DNA of 62,970 bases, filler included, from Chrysochromulina tobinii (GCA_001275005.1; 7 parts of 7 records of this genome joined end to end with filler, not necessarily neighbours in it), one strand, 5' to 3'; counted from the first letter of the whole stretch, positions 50,977 to 62,605 are shown. Notes: a model not told the origin generated them from the sequence alone. Program-made: numbers and translations.

Positions 50977-53625
50977 ATGTCCACCGCTCTCATCATCGCG
51001 ACGCTCGCGGCCGGCCACTCACATGCACAAGTGAATCCCACAGCTGCCGCACGCGCGCTCATTCAGCGCACGGCGCCCGCACTTGCGGATGCCTTCTCGC
51101 TCGAAGTGTTACCACAGCCGAACGGGGCGATGCAGCTGGATTCTGACGGCAAATCAATCATCCTGCGTGGATCCGGCGCGGTCGAATTGGCATCTGCCTT
51201 CAACTGGTATCTCAACGACTATCTGAACGTCACCATCGATTGGAGCACCTACGGCGACAAGCAATTGCCCACATCTGGGCCTCTGCCACTGCCTGAGAAG
51301 AGCCCAGTGGTATCCCGACGTGTCGCGTGGACCTACTACATGAATGTTTGCACCTATGGCTACAGCCTCGCGTTTGTGCCGTGGAGCTACTGGGAGCAGC
51401 ACATCGACTGGATGGCCATGCAGGGCATCAACCTGCCGCTCGCCTTCCTTGGACAAGAATGGGTCTGGGCGCGCGTCTTCGAGAGCTTCAACATCAGCCT
51501 CGCCGAGCAGCAGTCCTTCTACTCGGGCGCAGCCTTCCTGCCGTGGTTCCGCATGGGCAACATGCAGGGCTTTGGAGGGCCGCTGTCGGACAGCTGGATG
51601 ACCGCCCGTCGCGACCTGGCCATCAAGGTCTTCGCGCGCATGCGAGAGCTTGGGATGACGCCCGCGCTGAGCGCTTTTGCTGGCCACGTGCCTGCAGCGT
51701 TCGCGACACATTTCCCGTCGGCCAAAATCTCACGCTCGCCCGACTGGGCCGGCTTCGACTTGGCCGACCCGGTGACTGCGCCGTACGCTGATGTTTGGTT
51801 GCTCGATCCCGCGGAGCCTCTGTTCGTTGAAGTAGGCAAACGATTCATCGAGCTGCAGACGGCGACGTACGGTACGGACCACATTTATCAGGCCGACACG
51901 TTCAACGAGATCGCGCCGCCCACGCACGACCCGGACTATCTACGCGCCTCGAGCGCCGCCGTGTACGCGGCCATGGCCGCGGCCGACCCGTCGGCCATCT
52001 GGCTCATGCAAGGCTGGCTCTTCCAGAGCAGCTGGTGGACAAATCGTGACATTCAGGCGTATTTGGGCGGTGTGCCGCGCGGCTCGATGTGGCTGCTTGA
52101 CCTGTTTGGCGACTCCAACCCGATCTGGTCGAAGACGGCCTCATACTACGGCCATCCCTTCATCTTCTGCACGCTCCTCAACTTTGGCGGCCAGCAGGGC
52201 ATTGTGGGCAACACGCCTCGCGTCGTGACGGGGTTCGAGGCCGCATTGGCCAACAGCACTGTCAACGGGGTAGGCATCACGATGGAGGGTATCTGGACGA
52301 ATTACAACATGTTCGAGCTGCAGCTGCTGCTTACGTGGGAGGGGGCGCGCTTCACCCCAGGCACGGTCGCACCCAAGTACGACCCGGTCGCGTACCATGC
52401 CGCTTATGGGCATCGTAAATATGGCGGGGTCGCGCACCCATCGGCCGTCGCCGCATGGGCACTGCTTGGATCGACCATCTACAGCGGCAACGGCGGCGGT
52501 TTCGGCTCGATCATCTCGGGTGTGCCCTCACTGGCGGGCATCAACTGCCCGCACCCACCGATTGGCGAGCAGCCGCCCTCTCCCGAGGCTCCGCCCGGCT
52601 ACGAGCGACGGCATCCCCTCGATGGGTACTGGGATCCACCCCCTGGCGCACGGCTCAACAGGTCGGTCACTGAGTGCGCCGATCTGTGCGATGCTGCGGG
52701 AGACCAGTGCGACGCCTTTGAGGTGTACATTCACTACCCGCCCGATCGCGGCGATTGCTACCCGATGCTCAGCGCCAATAAGCCATTTGTGCCGATGGGC
52801 GCGGAGTCGCGCACGTACCTCAAGAAGAAGCCCATGCAGCCTCAGGCTGTCCGAGAGGCCGATGGAGTGGTCGTTGGCGCCGCCGCCGCTGCTGTCTCAA
52901 GGGAGCAGCGCGTCTCGCAGGCAAGTGGAGCCGCGGCTCGGGATGCAGCCTGCGCCCTCGACAGCGCTTCAGCTTCACGGCGCCGGGCCGAGGCTAGCAC
53001 CTTCCAATCGGTGTGGAAGCTCCTCCTCGAAGCAAAAGACTCCCACGGACACGTACCAAGCTTCCGCTTTGACGTCGTAGACGTGGGCCGCGAGGTGATT
53101 GCAGCCAACTTCACGGCCATGTTTGCCGTCTACAACGCCAACTTCGTGGCGAAGAACGCAGCGGCGACCGCCGTGCTCGCGCGACAACTGCTCCAGACGA
53201 TCGACGACTATGAGAGACTGCTCTCGACGGACGTCAACTTTTTGCTCGGACGATGGATTGCGTGGGCGCGCGATTGGGGCGAGGATGCGGAGGCCAAGGC
53301 CCTCCTTGAATACGGCGCGCGCAACCAGCTGACGCTCTGGGGACCCACCGGCCAGATCAACGACTACGCCAAAAAGGAATGGTCGGGGATCGTAGCGACC
53401 TATTATAAGCCACGATGGGCAAAGATGCTCAACGCGGCACAGGCCTACCTCGAAGGCGGTGCCACTGGCTCGTGGGCGGACGCGAGCGTCGAGTACTGCC
53501 GCGACACCTGGGCCACCCTAGAGAAGCCATGGCAGACCGACTACACGACAACCTTCCCGACCACGCCGACGGCCGACACCATCGACGTGGCGTTGTCTCT
53601 GATGAGTGTGTATGGCGCGCAGTAG
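50977..53625 (+). CDS. NAGLU: Alpha-N-acetylglucosaminidase (GH89)
   Basis: YYMNVCTYGYS, IDWMAMQGIN, DTFNE, WLMQGW, LLNFGG, GITMEG, ARNQLTLWGP...DYA.KEWSG; signal peptide. Confidence 0.96.
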   Translation: MSTALIIATLAAGHSHAQVNPTAAARALIQRTAPALADAFSLEVLPQPNGAMQLDSDGKSIILRGSGAVELASAFNWYLNDYLNVTIDWSTYGDKQLPTSGPLPLPEKSPVVSRRVAWTYYMNVCTYGYSLAFVPWSYWEQHIDWMAMQGINLPLAFLGQEWVWARVFESFNISLAEQQSFYSGAAFLPWFRMGNMQGFGGPLSDSWMTARRDLAIKVFARMRELGMTPALSAFAGHVPAAFATHFPSAKISRSPDWAGFDLADPVTAPYADVWLLDPAEPLFVEVGKRFIELQTATYGTDHIYQADTFNEIAPPTHDPDYLRASSAAVYAAMAAADPSAIWLMQGWLFQSSWWTNRDIQAYLGGVPRGSMWLLDLFGDSNPIWSKTASYYGHPFIFCTLLNFGGQQGIVGNTPRVVTGFEAALANSTVNGVGITMEGIWTNYNMFELQLLLTWEGARFTPGTVAPKYDPVAYHAAYGHRKYGGVAHPSAVAAWALLGSTIYSGNGGGFGSIISGVPSLAGINCPHPPIGEQPPSPEAPPGYERRHPLDGYWDPPPGARLNRSVTECADLCDAAGDQCDAFEVYIHYPPDRGDCYPMLSANKPFVPMGAESRTYLKKKPMQPQAVREADGVVVGAAAAAVSREQRVSQASGAAARDAACALDSASASRRRAEASTFQSVWKLLLEAKDSHGHVPSFRFDVVDVGREVIAANFTAMFAVYNANFVAKNAAATAVLARQLLQTIDDYERLLSTDVNFLLGRWIAWARDWGEDAEAKALLEYGARNQLTLWGPTGQINDYAKKEWSGIVATYYKPRWAKMLNAAQAYLEGGATGSWADASVEYCRDTWATLEKPWQTDYTTTFPTTPTADTIDVALSLMSVYGAQ

Positions 53626-54241
53626 GGCTGTGCGCGTACAGAGGCAAACGTGTTTAAGAGTAGAGCGATGTCCGAAGAGCCGGGTTGGGCGAGAACTACC
53701 AACTAGCAAGTGGGAGTGAGGCCATTCGTGATACGTGTGGGTGTGCGTGGGAAATATTAAAAGATGTGCTAAAAGTGGTGGCTGGTGGTGGTGCGGTTTT
53801 TTTAGTATATTAAAGCTTGGTATGTAACAAAGTACATAATACCGTACTCGGGAGAAACACGAGCAAAAGCGCTCAGGCCTCAGCGCGGGCCTTTGGGGCT
53901 CCCCGCTACATGATGTCGTGCTTTGGTGCTCGTCCTGGTCCACACTAGTGATTCACATTCAGTGCTCGCACGCACAGGCTCTTCGCTGTAAGCTGTATCG
54001 CTGTACGCTGATGAGTGATGAGTGTTCACGCAGTCACACTGTGCTGAAGTTTCCCTGGTTGGTCCTGTTGCCATGGCTATTGCTCCTGTTTCTCCAGTTC
54101 CTCAGGCTGTCCCTTGTGTTTCTTGTGCGTTCCTTGTGTCCTGACGTGCTCGTGCCCGGTCGGAGCCCTGAAATACATTGAGTTCCAGATCTGCAGCTGC
54201 GCCTAAATGACTGCAGTAGTGTTGTGTGAGGTTTCCTCCTC

Positions 54242-57200
54242 CTAGCCGAGGATCTCCTCGCAATCGCTTCGGTTCCAGCTCGTGTAGTTGAAGGCGGTCT
54301 CGTCGAACAAGATGTCAAACTCGGGTTCTGTCCAACCTGCTAATAGTTGTGTCTCCAAGCATACGTCCGCTTGGGTGTTGTTTGCCCACTCATCCTGGCA
54401 GACGTTGAGTTTGATGGCCTCGACCAGGTCGCAATCGACTGATGCAATGATGGAGGGCGGCACGTACAGCCACACGGACGAGAGCGGCAAAGCGGAGAAG
54501 CCGTTGTCTTCATGGCAGTCGCTGAAGGTGTATGCCACGCCCTCCTCGTACGGGTTGGCCGGACCCTCAATGCGCACCTGGAAGGCCGAGAAGAGCGTCA
54601 GAATGATCACGGTCAGGTAGAAATTCCACTTTTTCATCGCACGCATGCGCGTGACAGCAAATTTGAGGCCCGAGAGCGAGAGTTCTTCCTCAACGGCGGC
54701 GAGCTCCTCGTCCACGTACACGGAGGCAAAGGCCTTGCGCACCTGCTCGTCGCCATCCGCGCCACGCTTGATCTTGCGCTCGGCCATGATCTTGGCCGCG
54801 AGCTGCGACTTGCCGTGCATCGTCTCCTTGCCAAGGAGGGTCTTACGCATCTTGGTGCGCAGCAGGTTGCGCGCGAACGTCGAGGCGGCGGGCTTGATCA
54901 AGAGGAGCACGGCGAAGCGACTCCAAAGGTTGGTCAAATCGCACGGGCGCACATAGATCGAGGTGCCCTGCAACGTATAGTACGAGTCGCGCCACACGAA
55001 GAAACTGACGATCGTGGGTGTCGCGATGAGCGCTGCCAGGTCGGCCAGGTCGAACTGCCAGCCGACACGCGCCAGATACTGCAGTCGGAGCAGCGGATCT
55101 TTCGAGTAGTCGATGCCCTTGAGACTCTCATCTGCCACTTTGCCCGACAAGCAGCGCACACATTGCGCCAAATAACTATTGTGGCCCTTTGTGAGCTTGG
55201 CGATGAGCGCATCAGTGGTGCCGGAGTTGCGCAAGACCACCGAGATCTGGAGGATGACTTGCTGAGTAATCCATCCGGGCGTGACGAAGGTCTCCACCCC
55301 GCGCAGCGAGAAGAAGGAGTAGAGGAAGACGAAGTCGAAGAATTGGAAGGGGAAGAGTAGGTGCGGGCACGCGTTCGTGGTGGCCACGACGTTGAGGGAC
55401 ATCTTGCCGACCGACGTGACCAAGATGAAGAGGCACAGGTGAATGACCATCGTCACCGTCGGCACCCAATCTGATGGCATGCCGCCGTCCTCGAGCCTCT
55501 TCCAAATGAAGGAGTCGAGGCGGGATGCTTTGAAGGCGGCGTGGTAGAGCACCGATACTAAGAAGATGCCGTGCGCGAGGGAGAAGCGTGGCCGTATGGA
55601 CGCTGGCTTTCTCACGTCCTTCAAGCACACGCCGATCGCGACCAGGGTACTGATGAACGAGAGTAGGATGAACCAGTCGGGACCGCCGCGGTCAAGGAAC
55701 TCGAGGACCACCAGGTTGGCGACGATATCGACAATCGAGGCGATCAGGATCGGTTTAGCGAGGTAGCGCATCCGCGCCTGTCGGTCTCTCAGCTTCTTGA
55801 GGAAGATCTGTCGCGCCTTTCGACCGCGCGCGCGCGCCTGCAGCTTCGTGGCCGCACGCACTTCGATCGGGGGCTTCGCTTTCGCCCCACTGGACGACTT
55901 CGGCTTCGGCGCCACGCGCGCCGAGTGTCTATTTGCTGTCTTCACCAGTTTCTTCGGCGTGGGCTCGTCTGGTGATGAACGCCCGGGGGGCAGCGGCGCG
56001 ACGGGGGGCTTCGGCGGGGCGGCGGGTGGCTTCGGCGGGGCGGGGGGGGGCTTCGACGGGGCGGGGCCGGGGTTGTTAAGCTCAAGGACGCCCGTCCGGA
56101 TGCATTGGATAAACTCGTCGCGGTTGATGAGCCCATCGCCATCGGCGTCGAGTTCAGCAAGGACCTGGGGCAAGCGCGAGAGATCGACCGCGAGATGGCG
56201 CACGAGGTAGTCCGACAAGTCACTGATGGTGCGCTTGTCCTTGGCCCCCGAGGCACTCGGGATCGCGTCGAAGATCGTGCTCGCGGAGGACGCGTCGACA
56301 GCCCTTGTTGGCTGGATTTCGATGACTCGCGTCATCGTCGTCGTCGTCAAAGTTCTCGAGTGAATTCCACCGGAAGCGTCCGCAAGCGGTCTGTCCATGG
56401 CGATGGTCTTCTGCGCCTGTTTCTCGAGGTCGTCAGCGACCTTCGTGCGCAAGTAGAAGAGCAGAAGCGGCATGCCGAGGTAGATCATGAACTTTCCCAC
56501 CACGACCACGAGTGAATTCGAGTCTTCGCGCGACATGCTTCCTTCCGAGGCGCCCAGCGACGAGAGCGCCGCGAGGAAAACGGGCGTCGCGTACTGCAAC
56601 GTGCTAAAGAGCATCGCTCGCTTCGGGGAAGAGCGCATGATCACCGCTGCGGCCGTGTCGCGGAAGGGCACCCAGCTGACAAAGAGGAAGGCGCTATTCC
56701 ACACGAAGCTGGCTAGCAGCTCGAAGGCGAGCGAGTTGCCGTAGGCAATCGACCCGAGGATGAGGACCACGGGCGGCCCGCCGAGCCACACGATGGCGAT
56801 GCGCGCCCAGGTATTGACGAAACGCCAGAAGGCTTTCGATCTGGAGAGCGCGATCTCGCCCGTGATCTCGCTCATCTCGCGCTCCTCCTTCTGAACGAGC
56901 GTTTTGGCCGTCGTCTTCTGCCGATTCGAACCAAACCTCCTATTCAAATCGCCCCTCCGGGCCGGCCGCCGGCCCTGGCTCTCTTCAAACTCGGCGAGTT
57001 GCTCGTCGTCGTGTGGCTCGAGCGCGAAGAATGTGGGCGGTGCGCCCTTCATGATGTACACGAACGCGCCATGCTCGTACCCCTCGGACGTCGAGAGTGC
57101 GTGCCCGTCGGGCTTCTCGTTGGCGTGCGCCCAGCCAAAGGCCTTGAAGCCAGCCTCCTGGAGCGTCTCGAGAGTGACGTTGATCATGCGCCCGGACGTC

Positions 57201-57724
57201 TGCAGCCCCTGCAGGCATTCCACGCCTGGCGTCTTCGGCCCATCGAAGTTCATCATGAAGTCGGTCGGCACCAGGGTGAGCGCGTTATTCTGGAGGATCT
57301 GTTTGTTTTCGTCCATGTAGATGAAACCGCCAACGAGCAGAAAGAAGCCCCACATCTCTTCGACCAGGTTGAGCTTTAAGAGCTGCTTGTCCATGGGCTG
57401 CAGGTTGTCCGTTTTCAATATCTCACCTTTCTTGTAAAACCCAATGTACGCAGGGTAGGCGAATGCAAAGTACTTGGCCTTGGCCGGGATGCCAGCCGCC
57501 TCCCACACCGACTTCGGGAGCGTGATGGGTGCGATTGGCGAGAGCGGTCCACGTACCGTGCGCACCGTATCATCGCCATCACCGGGGAAAAGCTTGGCGA
57601 TCATCTCCACCTCGCGCGTCGGGCCGACCACCTCGTAGTGCTGAATTTGCGCATCGGCCTCTTCAACGTCGTTCTCGATGATCTTGGTGGTCAACGAGAC
57701 GTTGGGCTGCAACGTGAGTTGCAT
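54242..57724 (-). CDS. Multi-pass membrane protein with a central EF-hand and IQ motif
   Basis: Two clusters of hydrophobic helices flanking DADGDGLINRDEF and AATKLQARARGRKAR; open frame of about 1160 aa. Confidence 0.85.
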   Translation of the reverse strand: MQLTLQPNVSLTTKIIENDVEEADAQIQHYEVVGPTREVEMIAKLFPGDGDDTVRTVRGPLSPIAPITLPKSVWEAAGIPAKAKYFAFAYPAYIGFYKKGEILKTDNLQPMDKQLLKLNLVEEMWGFFLLVGGFIYMDENKQILQNNALTLVPTDFMMNFDGPKTPGVECLQGLQTSGRMINVTLETLQEAGFKAFGWAHANEKPDGHALSTSEGYEHGAFVYIMKGAPPTFFALEPHDDEQLAEFEESQGRRPARRGDLNRRFGSNRQKTTAKTLVQKEEREMSEITGEIALSRSKAFWRFVNTWARIAIVWLGGPPVVLILGSIAYGNSLAFELLASFVWNSAFLFVSWVPFRDTAAAVIMRSSPKRAMLFSTLQYATPVFLAALSSLGASEGSMSREDSNSLVVVVGKFMIYLGMPLLLFYLRTKVADDLEKQAQKTIAMDRPLADASGGIHSRTLTTTTMTRVIEIQPTRAVDASSASTIFDAIPSASGAKDKRTISDLSDYLVRHLAVDLSRLPQVLAELDADGDGLINRDEFIQCIRTGVLELNNPGPAPSKPPPAPPKPPAAPPKPPVAPLPPGRSSPDEPTPKKLVKTANRHSARVAPKPKSSSGAKAKPPIEVRAATKLQARARGRKARQIFLKKLRDRQARMRYLAKPILIASIVDIVANLVVLEFLDRGGPDWFILLSFISTLVAIGVCLKDVRKPASIRPRFSLAHGIFLVSVLYHAAFKASRLDSFIWKRLEDGGMPSDWVPTVTMVIHLCLFILVTSVGKMSLNVVATTNACPHLLFPFQFFDFVFLYSFFSLRGVETFVTPGWITQQVILQISVVLRNSGTTDALIAKLTKGHNSYLAQCVRCLSGKVADESLKGIDYSKDPLLRLQYLARVGWQFDLADLAALIATPTIVSFFVWRDSYYTLQGTSIYVRPCDLTNLWSRFAVLLLIKPAASTFARNLLRTKMRKTLLGKETMHGKSQLAAKIMAERKIKRGADGDEQVRKAFASVYVDEELAAVEEELSLSGLKFAVTRMRAMKKWNFYLTVIILTLFSAFQVRIEGPANPYEEGVAYTFSDCHEDNGFSALPLSSVWLYVPPSIIASVDCDLVEAIKLNVCQDEWANNTQADVCLETQLLAGWTEPEFDILFDETAFNYTSWNRSDCEEILG

Positions 57725-57851
57725 TGAACCCTGAACTAATCGAGACTCCCGGCAGTTACGGGTTCGTAAACTTGGTCGCGTGTTTGACTTGAATTGCTGT
57801 TCATCAGAGCTACACAAGCAGCCTGGTGAGCGCGACAACCCGGTCCCTGCT

Positions 57852-57951
57852 NNNNNNNNNNNNNNNNNNNNNNNNNNNNNNNNNNNNNNNNNNNNTTAAT
57901 TAATTAANNNNNNNNNNNNNNNNNNNNNNNNNNNNNNNNNNNNNNNNNNNN
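57852..57951. other. Artificial contig spacer
   Basis: N-run + TTAATTAATTAA + N-run. Confidence 0.99.
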
Positions 57952-59230
57952 CGGCCGCGGCGGCGCGCGCGGCGCCCGTAACGGCGCTCGTGGTGGAGGG
58001 CGGATGGCGTCGTCGGCGGGCGCGGCGCCCTCCACCGCGGGCGCCGTGATGGGCGCGGCGCCCTCCACCGCGGGCGCCGTGATGGGCGCGGCGCCGGTCC
58101 TCGCCACCGACTAATCAGGGACCTCGTGACGAAATCGTCATCTCCCGAGGGAGCTGGCGGTTACACGGGAGCGGCTCCTCACCGCGCAGGGGGCGGCAAG
58201 CTGACGCTCCTAAGCCCTTCATCGGGCGTACATTAGGGCGCATGAGCGCGAGGGACGGCGACGTGCTGCGGAGGCCGCGGGAGATGACGATCTCGTCGCG
58301 ATCTCCCTTACACGTAACGAGGGACGGAAGTGCTGCGGAGGCCGCGGAGCACCGCGGGCGTACACGCTTACAGTACGGGGAGAGAGCCGCCGGGACGCGG
58401 CCGCCGATGCACACGCGAGAAGTTGCCTGCATGGTTGGTGCTACTGGTGCAGTGGCATGCTACACGCTGCGGCATGGTCAATATTGCACATCTTGGCGGA
58501 GCACGCGCGCTACTGCATGTACCGATCTGGTGAGTCGTGCTGATTTTGGGAGCAGTAGTAGTAGTAGTAGTAGTACAGTTGCTACGGTACGATACGCATG
58601 TAGTGTGGTGGAGCAATGCAAACGGTACGGACTCAAAGAACTCATGTGTGAGCGCGGGATCCTCTCGCGATCCTGAGCAGCCGAAGGCCGAGAGCCTCGT
58701 CATTGCTTGCCTGCGATTGGTGCATGCGGTGCATGGGCAGACGTCAGCGGTGCGCAGCAGTGCGCAGCGATGGGCGATGCAGCGCATGGTCTCCACGCTG
58801 CGGCGCGTACCGAATGCAAACAGGCAGAGGAACATGACCATGATGCAGCCGACGATGAAGTCGTCTGATATCATCGGCGTCTGGTGCTGCACGCCGCGGC
58901 TGGAGCGGATGGCGGCGTGCGCGTCCGCGGCGAACGCGCCTGCCACGCCACTGAGCGCGAGCGCCCATGAGGTCGCGCGGCGCGTCGCAATCGCAGCTGT
59001 GGCCATCCCGTCAAGGCCCCTCGCCAGCCACGGGCCGCCGTGAACGCGACAGTGGCGAAAAGTTGAAAATGAAACGTCGACGCCCAGGGGATGACTTCCG
59101 TCCGTGTCTATCTGTGCATAGGTCGCTTTTTCTGAACCGCTTTCGAGAAGTTTACCGAGCGCTCAAGGGCTGCTGCGCGCGCGTGGCGTGCGTCTGCGCT
59201 AGCACGGCGCAGGGGCACACGGGCCGAGTA

Positions 59231-60794
59231 GGGATTGGGGTTTTTTTCTATACAAGAAAAGGCTCTTTTCTATACAAGATATCATTATATATCATTACAT
59301 ATCACGTTTCTATCATTGTGTATCATTATGTATCATTGTCGATATCATAATATATCATGTCCCTCGGCGACACATGATATAACGGTATATCATCTTTTTT
59401 TCTTCTGCTTTTAATATCATGTGCTATCATGTGCCATCTCATCTCACGTTCTTGATGATATAGCATATAGGGACCTGATAGTGATACCGACACATGATAT
59501 AATAATGATATATTATGATATAACGCCCAATTCGAGCCTCGACCTCCACGTCCCCGACCCTACATGATATCACATGATATCACATGATATCATGTCCCCC
59601 GACCACAGCCCAAGCCCCCACAACACAAACTTCGATATCACGAGATATCATGGCATATCATGAATCATGATACATCATGATATATGACATGATACACGAA
59701 TACGAAAACACAGATATGAGCACAAGATATCGATGATATGGAGATGATATATTGATGCTATGGAAATGGCGTGGGCCTTGCCTCATGGCAGCCTGGCTTC
59801 GTCGCATGCTCTGCGGCAGGCATGGGATATCAGTAGAATCTCATCTTACTTCTTCGGCGCATGGCGGACGCGCTTGGCAGCGGGGAGCGCCTCCGGAAGA
59901 GGCTCAGTCAGGCCCCGGTCAGCCACAAGAGGAAGAGGCTTTGTCTGCGTCAAGAGGATCCAGCTTGAGGAGGAATCCTCCGTGATCCGCTGCAAGGCGA
60001 ATCCATTCGACCTCGTATGTGAGTGCAAGGGCAGCCGAAAGATTGGCATTTGCGCTCACATCCTTGCAGTCACGCACTGCTGGGTCAAGGAAGGGAACCT
60101 AGACGAGCAGAGGCGGCTTGCCTTTTGCAATTTACGGCTCATGACCCAAGCCCTGACGACGAAGACGAAGAAGGGTGCGAAGTGGATGAAAGGCAAAGGC
60201 GCGACAAAAATACTCCACTATCTGTACAAGGAGGTTCCCAAGGAGGTTGACAGCTCAGACGATGAGGAAGATGTGAGCTTCATCCCTCCCCTCAAGTGGT
60301 GAGAGATGTCTCTACGGGATTAGTGAACCACTCACGTTGACTGACATTACATGATAGAACTGATATGATATGATACTGATAGATATATAACGATATCATG
60401 ATATCATAGTCAAGGTAAAGATTGTTTGTCATCTCATATCCCAGGTCATGCCACTCCGGTATCATGTCCATATATCATTGATACCAAAACATGATACTGA
60501 CGCGGCATGATACGGGACATGATATTTTTTGGCGGTGTATCATAATTTTATTTTTTGTGATATCATGTTGGTATCATGTGTTCAAAACGAGCATCATATA
60601 TCATGGTATATCATGTCGTGCATTATGTATCATCGATATCATTGATATCATGTGTCGCCGAGGGACATGATATATTGTGATATCGACAATGATACACAAT
60701 GATACACAATGATAGAAACGTGATATGTAATGATATATAATGATATCTTGTATAGAAAAGAGCCTTTTCTTGTATAGAAAAAAAACCCAATCCC
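59231..60794 (+). mobile_element. Internally deleted Mutator-like (MULE) element with 150-bp TIRs
   Basis: 59231-59380 is the reverse complement of 60645-60794 with about 3 mismatches; G-rich termini; AT-rich subterminal GATATC/ATCATGAT motifs; internal SWIM finger; no TSD found. Confidence 0.88.
59760..60302 (+). pseudogene. MULE transposase C-terminal remnant with SWIM zinc finger
   Basis: CECKGSRKIGICAH fits CxC-x7-CxH; basic/acidic tail; no DDE core. Confidence 0.78.
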
Positions 60795-61007
60795 TCTCCT
60801 CCCTCTCCTTGTAACCATCACCTCCGCCGCCGCCCTCGCTGCCCTCACCCTCATCTCCACTGCAACAACCACCCTCACCATCCATGCCCTCGCCATTCTC
60901 AACCCCACCCTCACCGCCATTGCCCTTGCCACCACCACCTTCGCCATCACCGCCTTTTCTAAAAGCGGTGCTAACCAACCTGTCACCCCAGATCGTGTGC
61001 CTGCTCT

Positions 61008-61120
61008 TTGCCGACTATGCCGTCTTTGCCGACTATGCCGACTATGCCGACTTTGCCGACTTTGCCGACTTTGCCAACTTTGCCGACTATGTCGCCCATC
61101 TCGCCCATCTCGCCTATCTC
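61008..61120 (+). repeat. 9-nt minisatellite (TGCCGACT[A/T]) grading into (TCGCCCATC)
   Basis: About 9 tandem units encoding PTM/PTL, followed by SPI units. Confidence 0.9.
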
Positions 61121-62384
61121 GCCGCCCTCTTCTCCGCCACCCTCGCCACCATCCTCACGGTCATCGTCGCCGCCACGCTCTCTGCCTGCCTCTCCAAATC
61201 CAACTCCGCCACCACCAAACCCGTTTGACGTCCTGGTTGGCTTCTTTCAAAAGCTGTACCACCAGGCTCCTCCCATCCCCGTTGCCACCTCTCCTACTCT
61301 TCTTCCTACCGTCTCAGTCTCACGAGAAGTGAGAGAAGAGATCATTCTCGACGGTGGCCCAATGGTCACTGTCATCAAGGTCTACACCATCTCAGGAGAA
61401 CTTGGCTTCGTGGCGTGGCTTCTCCACGAGGCCGTGCCCACCGCACCACCTTTTACCGTGGTTTCGAACTTCGAAGCCATGGTAGACGACATGACGGGTG
61501 GTAAGCGCTGCGAGACTGGAAGTAAAGATGAGACTAGCTTCAGAAGGGGACGGAAGAACTCATGGGAGAACTCGTAGCTTCAATGGATGTGAAGGTACAT
61601 GAGCAAACCAGGCTGCGGCAGGGGATCCTCAGCAACAGCTTGCTGGAGGACGGGGCCACCGTCCGACGGGTACTGGTGTACTCTGCGGGGGCCCGAATGA
61701 CGATGCATCATGACTGCGGTCGTCCCACGGCACCACCGCCACCATCTCCACAGCCTATGCCCACCATGCCACCACCACCGCCATCAGACGATGATTCAGA
61801 CGCGGAACATCAGACGGATGACTCAGACTATGAGTTTGAGTTTGAGTTTGAGGATGTGCTTACTAAAAGAGAGCCTGGGCACAGCGAGAGCCTGGGCAGC
61901 TCGCGCGAGGACATCGAGCTCGCGCGGGCGATCAGCTACGCTATCTCGGCGCGACGTCGCGGCCAAGCACGGGGGGCTCGGTGACGGACAGCTGGGAGGA
62001 ACGTACAGCTGGGAGGAACTGTGCGTGTACTGAACTTACATGCAATTATGTGTATCGTTAATGTCATTTCCATACGGAGGCGGACCGCCTCTTCAGCGGC
62101 CTCGGTGCTCGGTCGCCTTGGCCGCCTCGCCTGCATGCGAAGTACCACACGACCATCCCCCCCCTCCCCCCTCCCACCCTTGCATGCAATCAGGCGCTGC
62201 ACAGCGGGAGTGAACCCTTTTTTTCTCGTACACACAGACGTCCGCATTTCCTTCGTGCCGTCCACCGACGCTGCGGAAGGCGCCCCGACGGCCACCGAGG
62301 ACGAGACGTCCGTGACGCACCATCGCACGCGTCACGCTTTGGCTACAAAAGCGCCACGAGCTCGGGCGCGATCTGCAGTCGCAG

Positions 62385-62605
62385 ACGGCCTTTGGGCTGT
62401 GGCCGCTCGTCAATGCAGACTGTCCTCGGGCCGCGCGCTCGCCTCCATCGAGGACTATTTGCGCGAGGCGATCCTGCCCACGTACGGCAATTCGCACACG
62501 CCGACAGCCAAGACGGGCCGCCAGTCGAGCGACTTTGTCGCCGAGGCGCGCATCATGGAAAAAAAACCCCTGCGGTGCAACGACCGCGGCAAGAATGCGA
62601 AAAGG
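62385..62605 (+). pseudogene. N-terminal fragment of a class V aminotransferase (cysteine desulfurase-like)
   Basis: TAFGLWPLVNAD / frameshift / SGRALASIEDYLREAILPTYGNSHT...TGRQSS.FVAEAR matches the PFG...YaD.tASGR...IE...P.YgNtHT pattern. Confidence 0.7.

Noticed and set aside
8423..57951. Recurrent TTAATTAATTAA motif and an apparent defence cluster (ART, CHAT-STAND, VOC)
   Set aside because: The motif is an artificial linker. The ART is on a different contig from the CHAT-STAND gene, and VOC is separated from it by housekeeping genes.
58368..59043. Overlapping ORFs on both strands around an (AGT)n microsatellite
   Set aside because: No family signature, and the coding strand cannot be determined.
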